From Octopus vulgaris (Eukaryota), in contig OX597825.1 of assembly GCA_951406725.2 (NCBI GenBank), positions 12,090,001-12,154,000 of the forward strand: a DNA stretch of 64,000 nucleotides, written 5' to 3'. A program made the position numbers and the translations under genes. Within the stretch, counting starts at the first letter, position 1. Every line of letters starts with the position of its first letter. The notes beneath the pieces were generated by a model that ran no database searches, had not been told where the DNA came from, and was given only the letters and a program-made list of their open reading frames with translations. Positions 41,567-54,968 of the stretch are shown piece by piece.

Positions 41567-41617
41567 AGCTTCCACAGGACTAGAACTGTTTCATTCAAAT
41601 GAAATCATCAGGAAGCT
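41567..41617 (-). ncRNA. hammerhead-like motif, probably inactive (GUG triplet)
   Basis: Minus: AGCTTC/GAAGCT stem I, CTGATGA, TTC/GAA stem II, GAAA, ACAG/CTGT stem III; inside the 41483-41810 block flanked by (TA)n. Confidence 0.6.
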
Positions 41618-41809
41618 TGGTGTCAAGAATAGTTTTGGCATTAATACATTTAGGCAGATTTAAAGGGATGGTGGTGGGGGACTTTTTGGGGTAGGCAGGG
41701 CACAAACTGTCTTTCTTAGGGGAGTGGTCAAAAGAATCAGTGATAAAGTAGGTAAATGAATAAATAGAATAATAGAATAGAGTTTTAGGTAAATAAGAAG
41801 ACTATCGCT

Positions 41810-41851
<42 letters not shown>

Positions 41852-41865
41852 CAGATAAACACACT

Positions 41866-41917
<52 letters not shown>

Positions 41918-42544
41918 CATATACACATACTCATACATACACACACACATATTTACATACACACATATATACATATATATACAAATACACATACACATAC
42001 ATGCCAATATGCAAGCACATGTGTGTGTGTGTATGTGTGTTGTGTGTTTAAGAGTTTTCAGTCGTGATGGGTTTCTCATTGTAGTGTGGTGGGATGAGAA
42101 ACGCCGCGCTTTTGCTCTCGAACTTGGGAAATCACAAAATGCATGAAATTACGTCACTCTAAAATGACATTATTGTCGTAAACATGTAACAACGTCCTTC
42201 GTTTGGTACGGAATTAAGATGATTGATTGACAATGAATAATTTTTCTTTTGCTTTTTAAATTGTAAACTTGTACGGCATTGTAAGTTTTTATTAACCCGT
42301 ATACGTACGTGTCATTTCGTAAGATAAATATGTATTTATACATAGACACATAAACAAACATCTACGCATGTATATACAAACGCATATATATAGTTGAATT
42401 CACGTGAATGTTTACTTCTCAATGTTCACGCAGTTTCGTTCTTCAAACGAGAATAGTTATATTTCGGTTTTGGTAGCACATGTACATTAGTCGTTGTAAA
42501 TGGTGTTCAAAGCTACATATAACACTAGTTAGTTTAACGTTTTG

Positions 42545-42935
42545 CAGGAGTGGCTGTGTGGTAAGTAGCTTGCTTACCGACCGCATGATTCCAGGTTCAG
42601 TCCCACTGTGTGGCACCTTGGGTAAGTGTCTTCTACTATAGCCTCGGCCCGACCGAAGCCCTGTGAGTAGATGTGGTAGACGGAAACCGAAAGAAGCCCG
42701 TCGTATGTATATATATATATGCATGTATATATATGTGTGTCTGTGTTTGTCCCCCAACATCGCTTCACAACCAACGCTGGTGTGTTTACGTCCCCATAAA
42801 TTAGCGGTTCGGCAATGCAGATAGAATAAATACTAGGCTTAAAAAGAATATTTTCTGGGGTCGATTTGCTCGACTAAAGGCGGTGCTCCAGCATGGCCGC
42901 AGTCAAATGACTGAAACAAGTAAAAGAGTAACAGA
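42545..42935 (+). mobile_element. SINE family B, full length
   Basis: CAGGAGTGGCTGTGTGGTAAG...GAAACAAGTAAAAGAG. Confidence 0.92.
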
Positions 42936-43446
42936 GCAAGTGTAAAGTGTTACTGATGATAATATTTTTACAAGGTCTTTGGTTATATTTTACCGTTGTT
43001 CGTTTATTACACTTCTTGTATTTTGGGTGAGTGAACGTGTCTCCAGTTCGTTCATTCGTTCTATATGCAACTATTTACAACTTTGTATTTTTGCCAATAT
43101 TCTGTTAACATGGAATGCAGTTTTAAGATTTGTTTTAGTATATTTTATAGTAGAATGGATGAATTTATTTTGGCAGTAATTACTATTTACGTTTGTGCTA
43201 GTGTAACACAAATAATGAACGAAAAGAAACATGAGGCGACACCTACAGCAGGGAAAGTGAAAACGCCGTTGAAAGCTAATTGTTACAGTTATTGTCCGTT
43301 GTTTACAGTGGCATGAAACACGAGCCACGAAATGAACGTTTTCTTGTAATAAGCCATATATGATGTTGTCTGTATCAGACACTTGTGTTTCACTTCTGCC
43401 ATACTATTAAACTTTCATACACAAACACACGTACACAGGAATACAT

Positions 43447-43531
<85 letters not shown>

Positions 43532-43649
43532 TGCATATATAAGCGTGTGCATCTAAATGAATACATATGTATATGTATTCACACACGCATACACATGCTA
43601 ACACACATATGTATATAAATATATACATACGTACACACACACACATATG

Positions 43650-43703
<54 letters not shown>

Positions 43704-43771
43704 CTTCGTCAGTGTCTTGCTTTTGTGATTTTCGCTAGTGCTTGTGCAGAGATCTCAGTGTCGTAAGATGC

Positions 43772-43985
43772 CTGGCGAGCTGGCAGAAATGTTAGCACGC
43801 CTGGCGAAATGCTTAGTGGTATTTCGTCGTCCCTACGTTATGAGTCCTGCCGAGGTTGACTTAGCCTTTCATCCTTTCGGGATTGATTAAATAAGTACCA
43901 GTTACACACTGGAGTTGATGTAATCAGCTTCATCCCTTTGTCTGTCCTTGATTGTCCTCTCTATGTTTAGCAACTTGTGGGCACC
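43772..43985 (+). mobile_element. SINE family A monomer, diverged
   Basis: GGCGAGCTGGCAGAAATGTTAGCACGCC head and body. Confidence 0.85.
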
Positions 43986-44039
43986 TAAATATTTCTGTAA
44001 AAGATTAGCATCAAGAGGATTCTTTAATGTTTGTGCTAC

Positions 44040-44290
44040 ATTTCTGTCTCCCTGTGCTACTGACGGCGGGCCTGGGAGCGCTAGTACAAACAGCAGAGTC
44101 ATTATGACAGTTAACTGAGTCAGTCCACTTACTATTAATGTTTCCTTGAAGAAGGACCCATTAGCTTCTACAGCTTGTCTTCAGTCTTTTAAGATGTCAT
44201 GTAAGAACTTCCCCCACTTTGCCAAGTCTGCTGAGTTATTTATCTTCTTGTAATCATGCTTTTGCAAAATCGAAATATATTACCGTTTAC
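44040..44290 (-). mobile_element. CR1/L2-type LINE reverse transcriptase remnant
   Basis: Minus translation IYFDFAKA* and RQAVEANGS..IVSGLTQLTVIMTLLFVLAL: decayed YLDFAKAFD and SGVPQGTVLGPLLF motifs. Confidence 0.75.
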
Positions 44291-44468
44291 CTTCGAGTGA
44301 TTCATAATTCGTCTTAACACTTAGTCATAACGCTACAGAAGCTAGGTGAGACAGCGTCTTCCTGATCGGAAGCCATTATCTTCAAGGACCTATATACATA
44401 TATATGTGTGTGTGTGTGGTGTGTGTGTATACGTGTATACATATATATATATATATATATATACATAC

Positions 44469-44502
<34 letters not shown>

Positions 44503-44715
44503 AAAAATGGCGGTGCTACTTATAATTCTAGCTGTAATAGGAAACGATTGTTCAAGGCCCCACGATGCCGTTCTGAATATATAACATTGTGGTTGTGAAG
44601 CAAACTTATTAACTGTCAACCAGGACAGCGCTTATACATATATGTACACACACAAACACAGAAGCAGACACACGTGTATATATATATCAGTATATATTTG
44701 CATATATATACATAT

Positions 44716-44763
<48 letters not shown>

Positions 44764-44879
44764 TTGTATATATAATAAGATAAGAGAACGGAAATTAATG
44801 AAGACCAAGAGGACGGAAATTTGCAGATCCATATTTTATTAAACAGTTGTTTAGCGAAGAACGATGTAAATAAATGTCT

Positions 44880-45130
44880 AATAAGATATGAATGGTCAAG
44901 TCTCCGTTCTCCTGATCTTCATTAATTTTATTATCGTCTCTACGGAAAGTATGCAATCTCGACAATGACATTCGGATTAACCAAGGGACGATAATAACCA
45001 GGTCTAGTGAGTTTTCACTAACTTGAGTATCTCAAACATTGGCTGTGGGCAGCGGACATTGAAAACCAATCTAAGACTTAACACAGTAACCACCAGGATT
45101 ATATACCCTTTCAAACCATTTTGGGAAAGT
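44880..45130 (+). mobile_element. possible decayed Tc1-like transposase C-terminus
   Basis: EWSSLRSPDLH resembles WPPxSPDLNP; otherwise heavily degraded. Confidence 0.3.
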
Positions 45131-45243
45131 ATATATATATATGTATATATATAATTTCAAACATATAAGGGATGGCCATAATAGGACATCCGACTCACTA
45201 GAAAGAGCAGTTGAACTCCAAACCACTAATAGTTTACCCTCTC

Positions 45244-45326
45244 CTTTCTGGACTATGCATAGTTTCGGCAATCTTTAGTAAATAAAATAAATTTATTTAC
45301 AACTGGCGTGCCTCTTCAGCAGAAAG
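45244..45326 (-). ncRNA. type I hammerhead ribozyme
   Basis: Minus: CTTTCTG/CAGAAAG stem I, CTGAAGA, GGCA/TGCC stem II with long AT hairpin, GAAAC, palindromic TATGCATA, GTC; inside a ~220-bp block flanked by (TA)n. Confidence 0.8.
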
Positions 45327-45367
45327 CCAAGAACTACCATATAGTCACGAAGCGATAGTAACCATAT

Positions 45368-45426
<59 letters not shown>

Positions 45427-46546
45427 ATGAAAAAATCCAAATATAAGTACGGCCAGTCTTTCCACAAATACCTGTTGGAGAACTGGAAACGCTACTTAGA
45501 TGATTGCCTCATCCTATGGTCCCACACACTCGACCAACTTATAGACTTCAAAAACCTTATCAACAGTGTAAATAACAACATTCAATTCACAATGGAATAT
45601 AGTCAGGACCAACTCCCTTTTCTTGACATCCTAATCATTAAAAAAGCGTCAACATTGAAACTGACATCCATTACAAACCCACTGACTCTAAACAATACCT
45701 TCTATTCACCTCCAATCAGCCAAAACACACAAAGACAAATATCCCCTTCAACCTAGCGAGAAGAATCTGCACTATTGTCTCAAATGACACAACACGAAAT
45801 AGAAGACTCCGGGAACTAAGGGCAATTCTTCTCGAAAGACATTACCCGGCATCACTAGTAGACAACGGAATAGAACGGGCCAAATCAATCAACATTCAAG
45901 ACCTTCGAAAACCCAAACACATCCACAGTACAGTCAATAGCCTCCCTTATCTCTCAACACACAACCCAAGGAATGCAGAAGCTTACACTATTATATACAA
46001 CAACATTCCACAACTAAATCAAGACCCACGCCTGAAAAAAATACTGGCAGCTCATAAAATAATAAAAAGTAAGAGACAACCTAAATCCCTAAAAACCTCC
46101 TCACCAACGCAAAATTACACAACACAAACCCACCGCCCACCATCAAAAAATGTGGTCGCCCCAACTGTAAGACCTGCATCCACCTCATTGAGGGATCGTC
46201 GTACAAGTTCCACTCGGGACACACATTCATCATAAAAAATAACTTCACGTGCGCATCAAAAAATTTACTCTACGTCATAAGGTGTGAAGGATGCCACGAA
46301 GACTACATAGGGCAAACGAGCCTTACCCTCAGAGACAGAATGACAGTTCACCGACAACAACTGAGGGACCCCTCCACAAGACAGATACCACTAAGTGGAC
46401 ACTTAGACCTTTGTGCACACAATAAGTCCCCCAAATTCTTAGTCTTCCCACTATACCAATGCTCGGACAACACCACAGACCAAACACGAATAAATAAGGA
46501 AAGTAATCTTATTCAAAAATACAGACCACAACTAAACATACTCTAA
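45427..46546 (+). pseudogene. Penelope-like retroelement ORF (RT C-terminal half, Cys linker, GIY-YIG endonuclease), 5'-truncated with two frameshifts
   Basis: WKRYLDDC, IQFTME, LPFLDILI; after a frameshift near 45645, ETDIHYKPTDSKQYL and NIPFNLARRICTIVS; after a frameshift near 46095, CGRPNCKTC, NLLYVIRCEGCHEDYIGQT, RMTVHRQQ and PQLN. Confidence 0.93.
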
Positions 46547-46689
46547 CATACCCCCTGGAAGCACATCCAGAGCAAGCACACAGGGACGCGCGCACGCTCA
46601 CAGCATATTGTGCGGGCGGGCACATGCGCGCATCGGCACGCATAGGACACACTAGCGGGCATTGACCGCACACATACGTGGCATGCACA

Positions 46690-46934
46690 CGCATGCATTA
46701 TATATATGTAGGTGATGTATGTGTGTGAGTGTTGTGTATGTGTGTGTGTGTGTGTGTGTGTGCACTGTGTGCGTGTGTGTGTATATGTGTGTGTGCGCGC
46801 GTTGTATGTGTGTGTGTGTGTGCACGTGTGTATATATGTGTGTGTGTGTGTGCACTGTGTGCGGGTGTGTGTGTATGTGTGTGTGTGTGTGTGTGAGCAT
46901 TGTGTACGTGTGTATGTATTTACATATGTATCTG

Positions 46935-46977
<43 letters not shown>

Positions 46978-47773
46978 TGTGTGTGTATATGCATGGTATG
47001 TGTGTATATGTTAGTACTTTGTTTGTGTGTATGTGCGGCATGTAGAGATATATTTGAGTGTGTACGCTATAGGTTTGTAATTTGTGTGTGTGGGGGGTGG
47101 TGAATTTTTTATATATATATATATGTGTGTGAAAAAATATATGTATGTGCATGTATGTATGTATGTATGTGTGTATATATATATATATATGTGTATATAT
47201 ATGTGTGTGTGTGTATGTGTGTGTGTGTATATTTATTTGCATGTTTATGTGTGTATAAACATGTACATTATTTGCATGCGCATTGTGTATATGTATATTG
47301 TATGTATGTGTATTGTATATGTACGTGTACAATTAAGTGTATATATTTGTGTGTATGTGTGCACTGTATATATGTATATTGTAGGTGTGCTATATGTGCA
47401 TGAATACATGTATATGCATTGCGTGTATATATATGTATGCATTGTGTGTGTATGTATGTTATGTGTGTGTGTGTGTATATATATATTATATGTATGCGTA
47501 TGTGTATGTGTATGCATTGTATGTATGTGTGTTGTGTGTATATGTGGTACATCTATGTATGTGTATGTAAACACTATTTATATGTATATGTGTATATATG
47601 TATATGCATTGTCTATATATATATATATTATATGTATGTATTACGTATGTATATTGCATGCATATATTGTGTATATGTATTACTTACATGCTGTATGTGT
47701 GTATTGTATGTGTGTATATATATGCTAGGTGTATTTGTGTGATATTTATATTATGTATGTATGTGTGCGTGTG

Positions 47774-47810
<37 letters not shown>

Positions 47811-48030
47811 GTGTGTGTATGTGTGTTATATATCTGTGTATGTTATATATAGATACATGTTATATTTGTGTGCTGTGTGTATATGTGATATATGTGGGTG
47901 CGTTGTGTGTGGGTGTGTGTGTTCTGTGTGTGTGTGTGTTGTTTGTATGTGGTGTGTGTTTGTATACTATGTGTGTGTGTGTGTGTGTTGTTGTGTGTGT
48001 GTGTTTTGTGTGTATATATATGTGTGTGAC
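46690..48030. repeat. degenerate (TG)/(TA)-rich low-complexity tract, about 1.3 kb
   Basis: Direct reading. Confidence 0.9.
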
Positions 48031-48388
48031 AAACAGACGCTGTCTGACCAGCAGGCACGGACACATCTATTCACACCCGCATACTAACCTCCTGATAACC
48101 CCAAAATCATTCATGCATAAAGGGGAAGTATACACCACATTGGCTACTTCTTCTGTTCTCTCAGTTCAGCCTTTCTGCTAATACTGACAGGTCAGTAAAA
48201 ACATACTTAAAATATTCTGAGATGTACAAAAAAGCCATTTTAATTTTTGCTGTCAAAACGCTGTATATATATACCAAAGATTGTATATATATACATGTAA
48301 TGTGACAATTTGCGACAACCAATAATTAACGCAACCAATTCCCAATAATATATTTGTTTTATCCTTTTCTGCCAAATTTTCCCAAATA

Positions 48389-48613
48389 ATGTGACAATTA
48401 TGTATAAAAAAACATTTTTGAATTCATAATATCCAATGTGACAATTATGTAAAAAACTTTTTTGAATGCATAATATTCAATGTGACAATTATGTAAAAAA
48501 CTTTTTTGAACCCATAATATCCAATGTGACAATTATGTAAAAAACTTTTTTGAATGCATAATATTCAATGTGACAATTATGTAAAAAACTTTTTTGAACC
48601 CATATTATTCAAT
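48389..48613 (+). repeat. 44-bp minisatellite, 5 copies
   Basis: ATGTGACAATTATGTAAAAAACTTTTTTGAA.. starts at 48389, 48436, 48480, 48524 and 48568. Confidence 0.92.
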
Positions 48614-48628
48614 GTTTCCTTAAATGTA

Positions 48629-48669
48629 ACTTTTGACAATCTTTTACCAAAGAGTGAAACCGGTTAAGT
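48629..48669 (+). ncRNA. candidate minimal hammerhead, U3-A8 variant
   Basis: ACTT/AAGT stem I, TTGACAA, TCTTT/AAAGA stem II plus 2 extra nt, GAAAC-CG-GTT. Confidence 0.5.
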
Positions 48670-48882
48670 AAATAAACATCGTTTAAATTGCATTTTCAAA
48701 CCTTTTTTCTTATATAATCCCACTCGTGCGATACCCCACAACTCAACTTTTTTATATATATATGTATATATATATACGCACATATACCTGTCTATATCTC
48801 TCTCTGTCTATATATATATATATGTGTGTATATGAATGTATAATACATATATCGGAGTATATACAACATATGTACACGTACA

Positions 48883-48932
<50 letters not shown>

Positions 48933-49609
48933 TACACACATAAACATACGCGCGCGCACATATATACGTAGATATACTCTTGTTCTGAATTTTGCTTCAC
49001 TAGCAAGCTATTTAAATTTCGTTCCCACTGCAATTTACTTTTGGTATGAATTTTCTACCAGAAATATTCTTTGATTAACGCTCAGTGAATAGAATGTGTT
49101 GGATGGAAACATCGCAAAATTCCCTTGCGTATGCTTTGTAATCGTGTACCTGTGTATATATACCTGTCACCAGTGCTTTTGATCAATGATGTAAATATTT
49201 GCAAGACAAATGAAGAACAGAAATTGTCTAACTTCAAACAATGTGTGTGTTATATTTTTATTGCATCGGAAAACTGTCAGTACAGTCTCGCTATCATTGC
49301 CTGAAATAGTTCGGAATTGCTGCTTCGTCGACGTTGTTATCCACCATGTACAATATAAAAAGAAATTTAAACAAACATACATGATGGATGTCTACTCGTG
49401 ATCGAGTAAGACCCTTTTCTAAATGAAACATGTATGTGCAAAAGATCAGGGAGTCAAAGAATTCCATGTTGTGAGTGGGTAAAATTTTGTACAGCACTGA
49501 TCCCACTTTCCATATGAAACCACAACAAAATGCCACAATATGGTTTAGACGACCAGAAACCATTTCTTTTTTATAAGAGATTGCCTTCTCTTGGAAATAT
49601 ATTTTCTTT

Positions 49610-49802
49610 CCTATTCTAGGCAGAAGGCCCTAATTTTCTTTTGCGGGGAAGAGTCGATTAGATCGACTCCAGTACACAAATGGTACTTATTTATCGACCC
49701 CGAAAGGATGAAAGGCAAAGTCGACCTCGGTGGAATTTGAACTCAGAAAGTAAAGACAGACGAAATACTGCTAAGCATTTTGCCCGTTTCTGCCTGCTCG
49801 CC
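49610..49802 (-). mobile_element. SINE family A
   Basis: Reverse complement of the family A head and body. Confidence 0.85.
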
Positions 49803-49979
49803 TGGAGATATCTACGAGGACTAGCGGTCCCTAACTTCCAGTAGTTCACATACTATTTAACCGATAGCTGTAACCCCCATAGCTGCTCCTATTCCGGGCG
49901 AGAGTAAATCTTGGAACGATAATGACTGGAAGTTGGTTCCACATTCTGCAAGACGTCTGATATTATTTGTAATAATCTG

Positions 49980-50105
49980 CCTTGCCGAACCGCTATGTCA
50001 TGAGGACGTAAACAAACCAAAATTGATTATAAAAAGGTGGTAGGGGACAAATGCAATTACAAACATACACAGGCACGCACACATACGCAAACACACACAT
50101 ACGCA

Positions 50106-50161
<56 letters not shown>

Positions 50162-50320
50162 TGCAAACACATACATACGATGGGTTACTTTACGTGTCAG
50201 CCTACGAAATCTACGCATAAAACTTAGGTCGACCCGGGGCTAATAAAGTAAAAGACACTTGCTAAAGTGCCGTGCGGTGGGCTGGAACACGAGACCAATT
50301 GGTTTGAAAGCAAATATCTT
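49980..50320 (-). mobile_element. SINE family B, diverged
   Basis: TTGCCGAACCGCTA, (CA)n, AAGACACTTG matches family B. Confidence 0.7.
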
Positions 50321-51043
50321 ATCTCATTCCATACATATAATCTAATTTTCCTCATAGCAACTAAGGCTAGAATTGGTGACACAGAAAAAATCTAACGACG
50401 CAGACACACGCGCACTGACAGGCACACATGGCCACGCACACATATACATACACGCATACGTATTCTCATAAATTTAAACGTCCAACGTTCAAACGAGATC
50501 ACAAAACGATATACAGACAGACAGACTTGTTTAGCAATTAACAATTGTGTCTCTCCAATGCGTTCGTTTAAACATGTTTGTATGTGTAATTTACTGCAGG
50601 CCAAAAGCAACATGATAATGTTTTGTCTGCGTTCTCTTGTAAATGATATAGAAATTCATTACTGAGTTTAATGAGTGTCAAGATAAACACAAGACCAAAA
50701 GCGATAGACATTAAAATCTTCATTAAAATGCAAAACAAAAAAAAAGCAACAGCAGAAAAAAAACAAAAAAAACCACCAACATAAATTTTGCGTAATGAAG
50801 ATTTTACCGACATTCATATCAATCTTGTATTTCGCTTGAAACCACGAAACAAAAATTCTTTACAAAATACAGCTTTTAAGCACAGAAAAAGACACACGTA
50901 TACACAAATATCAACATACATACGCACTCAAACAAACACTATTATGTGAGTATTTACATAGGCACACGCATGTCGACATATGCATATTCTTTTATTCTTT
51001 TATTTGGTTCAATCACATGACTGTGGCCATGATGGAGCACCGC

Positions 51044-51089
<46 letters not shown>

Positions 51090-51703
51090 TAAGTGTGCCG
51101 ACGCACCTAGATTCCTAGAAATGAGAGTTAAATACTCTCAATACTGTAGGAATAGTGCAGATGCAAATTTGCTGATGGTGGATGCAACCGCCCCACGCCC
51201 CATGCCGATTGGGAAATTCTCAGACTAGACGTAACAAGTTCAGCAAAATTTAGATTCAAATAAATATGGTACTTGAGGTAGATGCACCAGAATTTTGTAT
51301 GGTGTTATCCATATAAATCCATGGGGTGATTATAATCTAAATAAGCAACAAGAATACCTTCGGTAATTTGGTATGATCGTTTCACACTACATCATACTAT
51401 TAAACATTGTATTACAACAGTTTTAAAATGTTGAGCAATCATCAGCCATTTATAGAGGTTTTCTATCAATACATATACTTATTTTCATGTTAATTGATAA
51501 CATTATAAAGAGGGTAGATATATAGACAGAGATGTTGATTTGAAAGTTAAGAACATTGAGGTATTAGAATCCACACACACACACACACATATATATATAT
51601 ACACATCTACAATACACACTATATACACACGCAGGTACACACACACATCCACACATATCTATGTCTATTTATGCAAATAAATGCAAACATGTGTGGTTGT
51701 GTA

Positions 51704-51929
51704 TACTCTTTACTCTTTTACTTGTTTCAGTCATTTGACTGCGGCCATGCTGGAGCACCACCTTTTTTTTTAATCGAGCAACTCGACCCCGGGACTTATT
51801 CTTTGTAAGCTCGGTACTTATTCTATCGGTCTCTTTTGCCGAACCGCTAAGTGACGAGGACATAAATACACTAGCATCGGTTGGGGGACAAACACAGACA
51901 CACAAACACACACGCACACATACACACAC

Positions 51930-51970
<41 letters not shown>

Positions 51971-52128
51971 TACGACGGGCTTCTTTCAGTTTCCGTCTAC
52001 CAAATCCACTCACAAGGCTTTGGTCGGCCCGAGGCTATAGCAGAAGACACTTGCCCAAGGTGCCACGCAGTGGTACTGAACCCGGAACCATGTGGTTGGT
52101 AAGCAAGCTACTTACCACACAGCCACTC

Positions 52129-52131
<3 letters not shown>
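51704..52131 (-). mobile_element. SINE family B, full length
   Basis: Complete copy on minus. Confidence 0.92.
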
Positions 52132-52174
<43 letters not shown>

Positions 52175-52246
52175 GTCTATTCTTCTGTGTATGTGCATAT
52201 GCATATATATCTAAAACCTAATCTACCCTTCTATCTACACACATAC

Positions 52247-52327
<81 letters not shown>

Positions 52328-52980
52328 CATCTATCTATCTGTCTATCTATCTATCAGCCTGTCTGACTGTCTATCTGCCGGTCATCTTATGAATATGGAT
52401 TTTAGAAATACTCACACCTTGTAGATGACCTGCCATGCAAACCATATCTCTTATGTAATATCCTGGAACTGAAGCTAAAACTTGTCCTGATCCACAGAAA
52501 ATGCTTTACACACGAGGATGTCTATATACTCAACTGTCAGCTTAAAATGGTAAATGAAAATATTTATATTGTCAGATTTGAAGTCGTGAAGATATATAGC
52601 GAAATTCCTAATATTTGTGGAAACGAAGCATTAGAACATCGGTTAGATTAATTTTCTTTTCCAATACCAGAAAGCATAGATAGAAATTTTATTGCAGATA
52701 ACCTCTATTTCACAAAATAACAATTTCTTATAGGGTGCAACAGGATATTGACAAAAGTGAGAAATTTCCTCCAACACATACCGACGTTGATAAGGCATAC
52801 TATGAACCGAAAATCTATGGAAAATCCCCCGGAAGATTTGAAACTTGAGCCGTCTTTTGATGGAGAGCTGGAAACCTCTTGACAATTTATTTGCTTTAAG
52901 AATGTGGCACATTAGATTAAAGAATTCGAAAATATTGTAAAGAACGCGCATACATTTTTAACCCACTGATTCAAGGAAAT

Positions 52981-53292
52981 GTGGATTTGCAATGGCCCAG
53001 TGGTTAGGGGAGCGGACTCGCGGTCGGAGGACCGCGGTTTCGATTCCCAGAACGGGCGTCGTGAGTGTTTATTGAGCGAAAACACCTAAAGCTCCACGAG
53101 GCTTGGGCAGGGAGTGGTGACGATCCCTGCTGTACTCTTTCGCCGTAACTTTCTCTCACTCTATCTTCTGTTTGCCTGTTCGGTTAGCCAGCGGGGTGGC
53201 GTCATTAAAGGCTAAAAAAAAAAAAACAATGCGAAGCGCATTGTGACCAGCGATGTGTAGCAACATCTGATGACCTGGTCGGTCACGTGATT
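52981..53292 (+). mobile_element. SINE family D, tail type Y
   Basis: GCAATGGCCCAGTGGTTAGGG...GGTTTCGATTCCC head; tail CTGGTCGGTCACGTGAT. Confidence 0.9.
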
Positions 53293-53894
53293 TATGGAAA
53301 TCATTTTTTAGATTCCGTCACTCGAAAGTCACACGAAGCAAAATTCCATTTAACTTAGCATAATGAATCTTTACACTTGAGACAAAGTCGCTACAATTTT
53401 AAGCACTGCTGGAGACCTCCAAGATGAGAGCAAGGTTCGTGGAAAGTGTAATACCGTATCCCGACATAAATATAAATATATACGTAAACGCATTCAACTG
53501 TCAGAAGCAAATTTCAGCTATTGTATTCTGAAACGTCTAATCATTATATTACTGACAGGCTTGCATATTTTGTAGATGAAATTATAATATGTTATTATAA
53601 AACTGAAGTAGATCAATGAAAGAGAAACAAAAAAATTGCACTCTCATAACCACCAACCTATCGGCGGTTGAATACTCGTTTTGTATACGTGATTATATAT
53701 GAGCGTTTTTTCCCAAGAAGCATCGATTTATGAACGAGGAAACGTATATAGATTTATGCATTCTCATTTAATATACATAACATCCATGCTTCATTCACTT
53801 AAGCTATGTCAACATATTTTTATCAATGTTGCTTTGAAGATCTAATCCTCTATATTTCATCGATTCTAAACCCTTGCATACAAACACACACAGA

Positions 53895-53915
53895 ATATAT
53901 ATATATATATGTATG

Positions 53916-54013
<98 letters not shown>

Positions 54014-54117
54014 CATATATATATATGTATGTATATATATATGAATATATATATATATACATATGTACATATACGCATATGTATATATATATACATATAT
54101 ATATACATATATATATA

Positions 54118-54151
<34 letters not shown>

Positions 54152-54177
54152 TATATATATACATACATATATATATG

Positions 54178-54227
<50 letters not shown>

Positions 54228-54320
54228 CATATGCGTATATGTATATATCTATATCTATCTATCTATCGATCTATCTATCTATCTATATATATATATATAT
54301 ATATATATGTATGCATGTAT
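53895..54320. repeat. long interrupted (TA)n tract, one of many in the window
   Basis: Direct reading. Confidence 0.95.
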
Positions 54321-54968
54321 TTATATAACGCAATAAGCATTTCCGCAGTGCTGTCTCTGTAGAAGTTTATTTCATAAGGTCAAGCTTACGCCAGTTTAAT
54401 ATAGAAATTATGCACAAATTAAGATCGCTTTTTTGTTCTTATAAACCTTTTTCCGTTTTGATGTACGAATAGCAAATCAAGCGGACTCAGAGAACAATTT
54501 GAAATTGTTGGATGGTGATAATTCGGGTTTATATTTGGTATGTGGTATGTGCTGTCAGACGTTTGGTGCATAAGCATCTGCTTTGAATTCCTATCACTGC
54601 TACATATCTTTTATGTATATAAAGCATTTAGATATGTTGTATCTGTTAACAGAATCACCCGTTGGGATTGTATTAAAACAAAAACCCATCCAATATCTTG
54701 ATTCTGCTTAATGCAAATTACTTGGAAGAAAATAGATTATTTTGTTTCAAAATGAATTAAACGTAACATATGCATACTCTGTTTCGGGTTTTACGTGCAT
54801 TTCCCCCATTTTTGTGTATTAAAGAATATTCGAAATAAAAAAAAACAGTGAAGTTTTTGGATATTTCAAAAACATATTTGTCACACAAAACTATTATCGA
54901 AGGGGAACCGCCGTTCTGAAAACTGTTTAGATTAAAATATAACACAGAATATACATACATACATGCAT

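Larger units (their letters stand above)
45425..48752 (+). mobile_element. probable full extent of the Penelope-like insertion in (TA)n
   Basis: (TA)n at both ends; the ORF is followed by a TG-rich tract, a minisatellite and a terminal hammerhead-like motif. The 3' boundary is inferred. Confidence 0.55.

Noticed and set aside
46140-46546. Selenocysteine recoding as reported for some Naiad Penelope elements
   Set aside because: Linker and endonuclease cysteines are ordinary TGT/TGC codons; no in-frame TGA seen.
48389-48613. 44-bp repeats as a CRISPR array
   Set aside because: Units are contiguous with no unique spacers, there are no cas genes, and the context is eukaryotic.
49803-49935. GGAC/GTCC hairpin plus CTAA and a 10-bp inverted repeat as HDV, twister or hammerhead ribozyme
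   Set aside because: Required core elements are missing or too closely spaced for any of the three folds.
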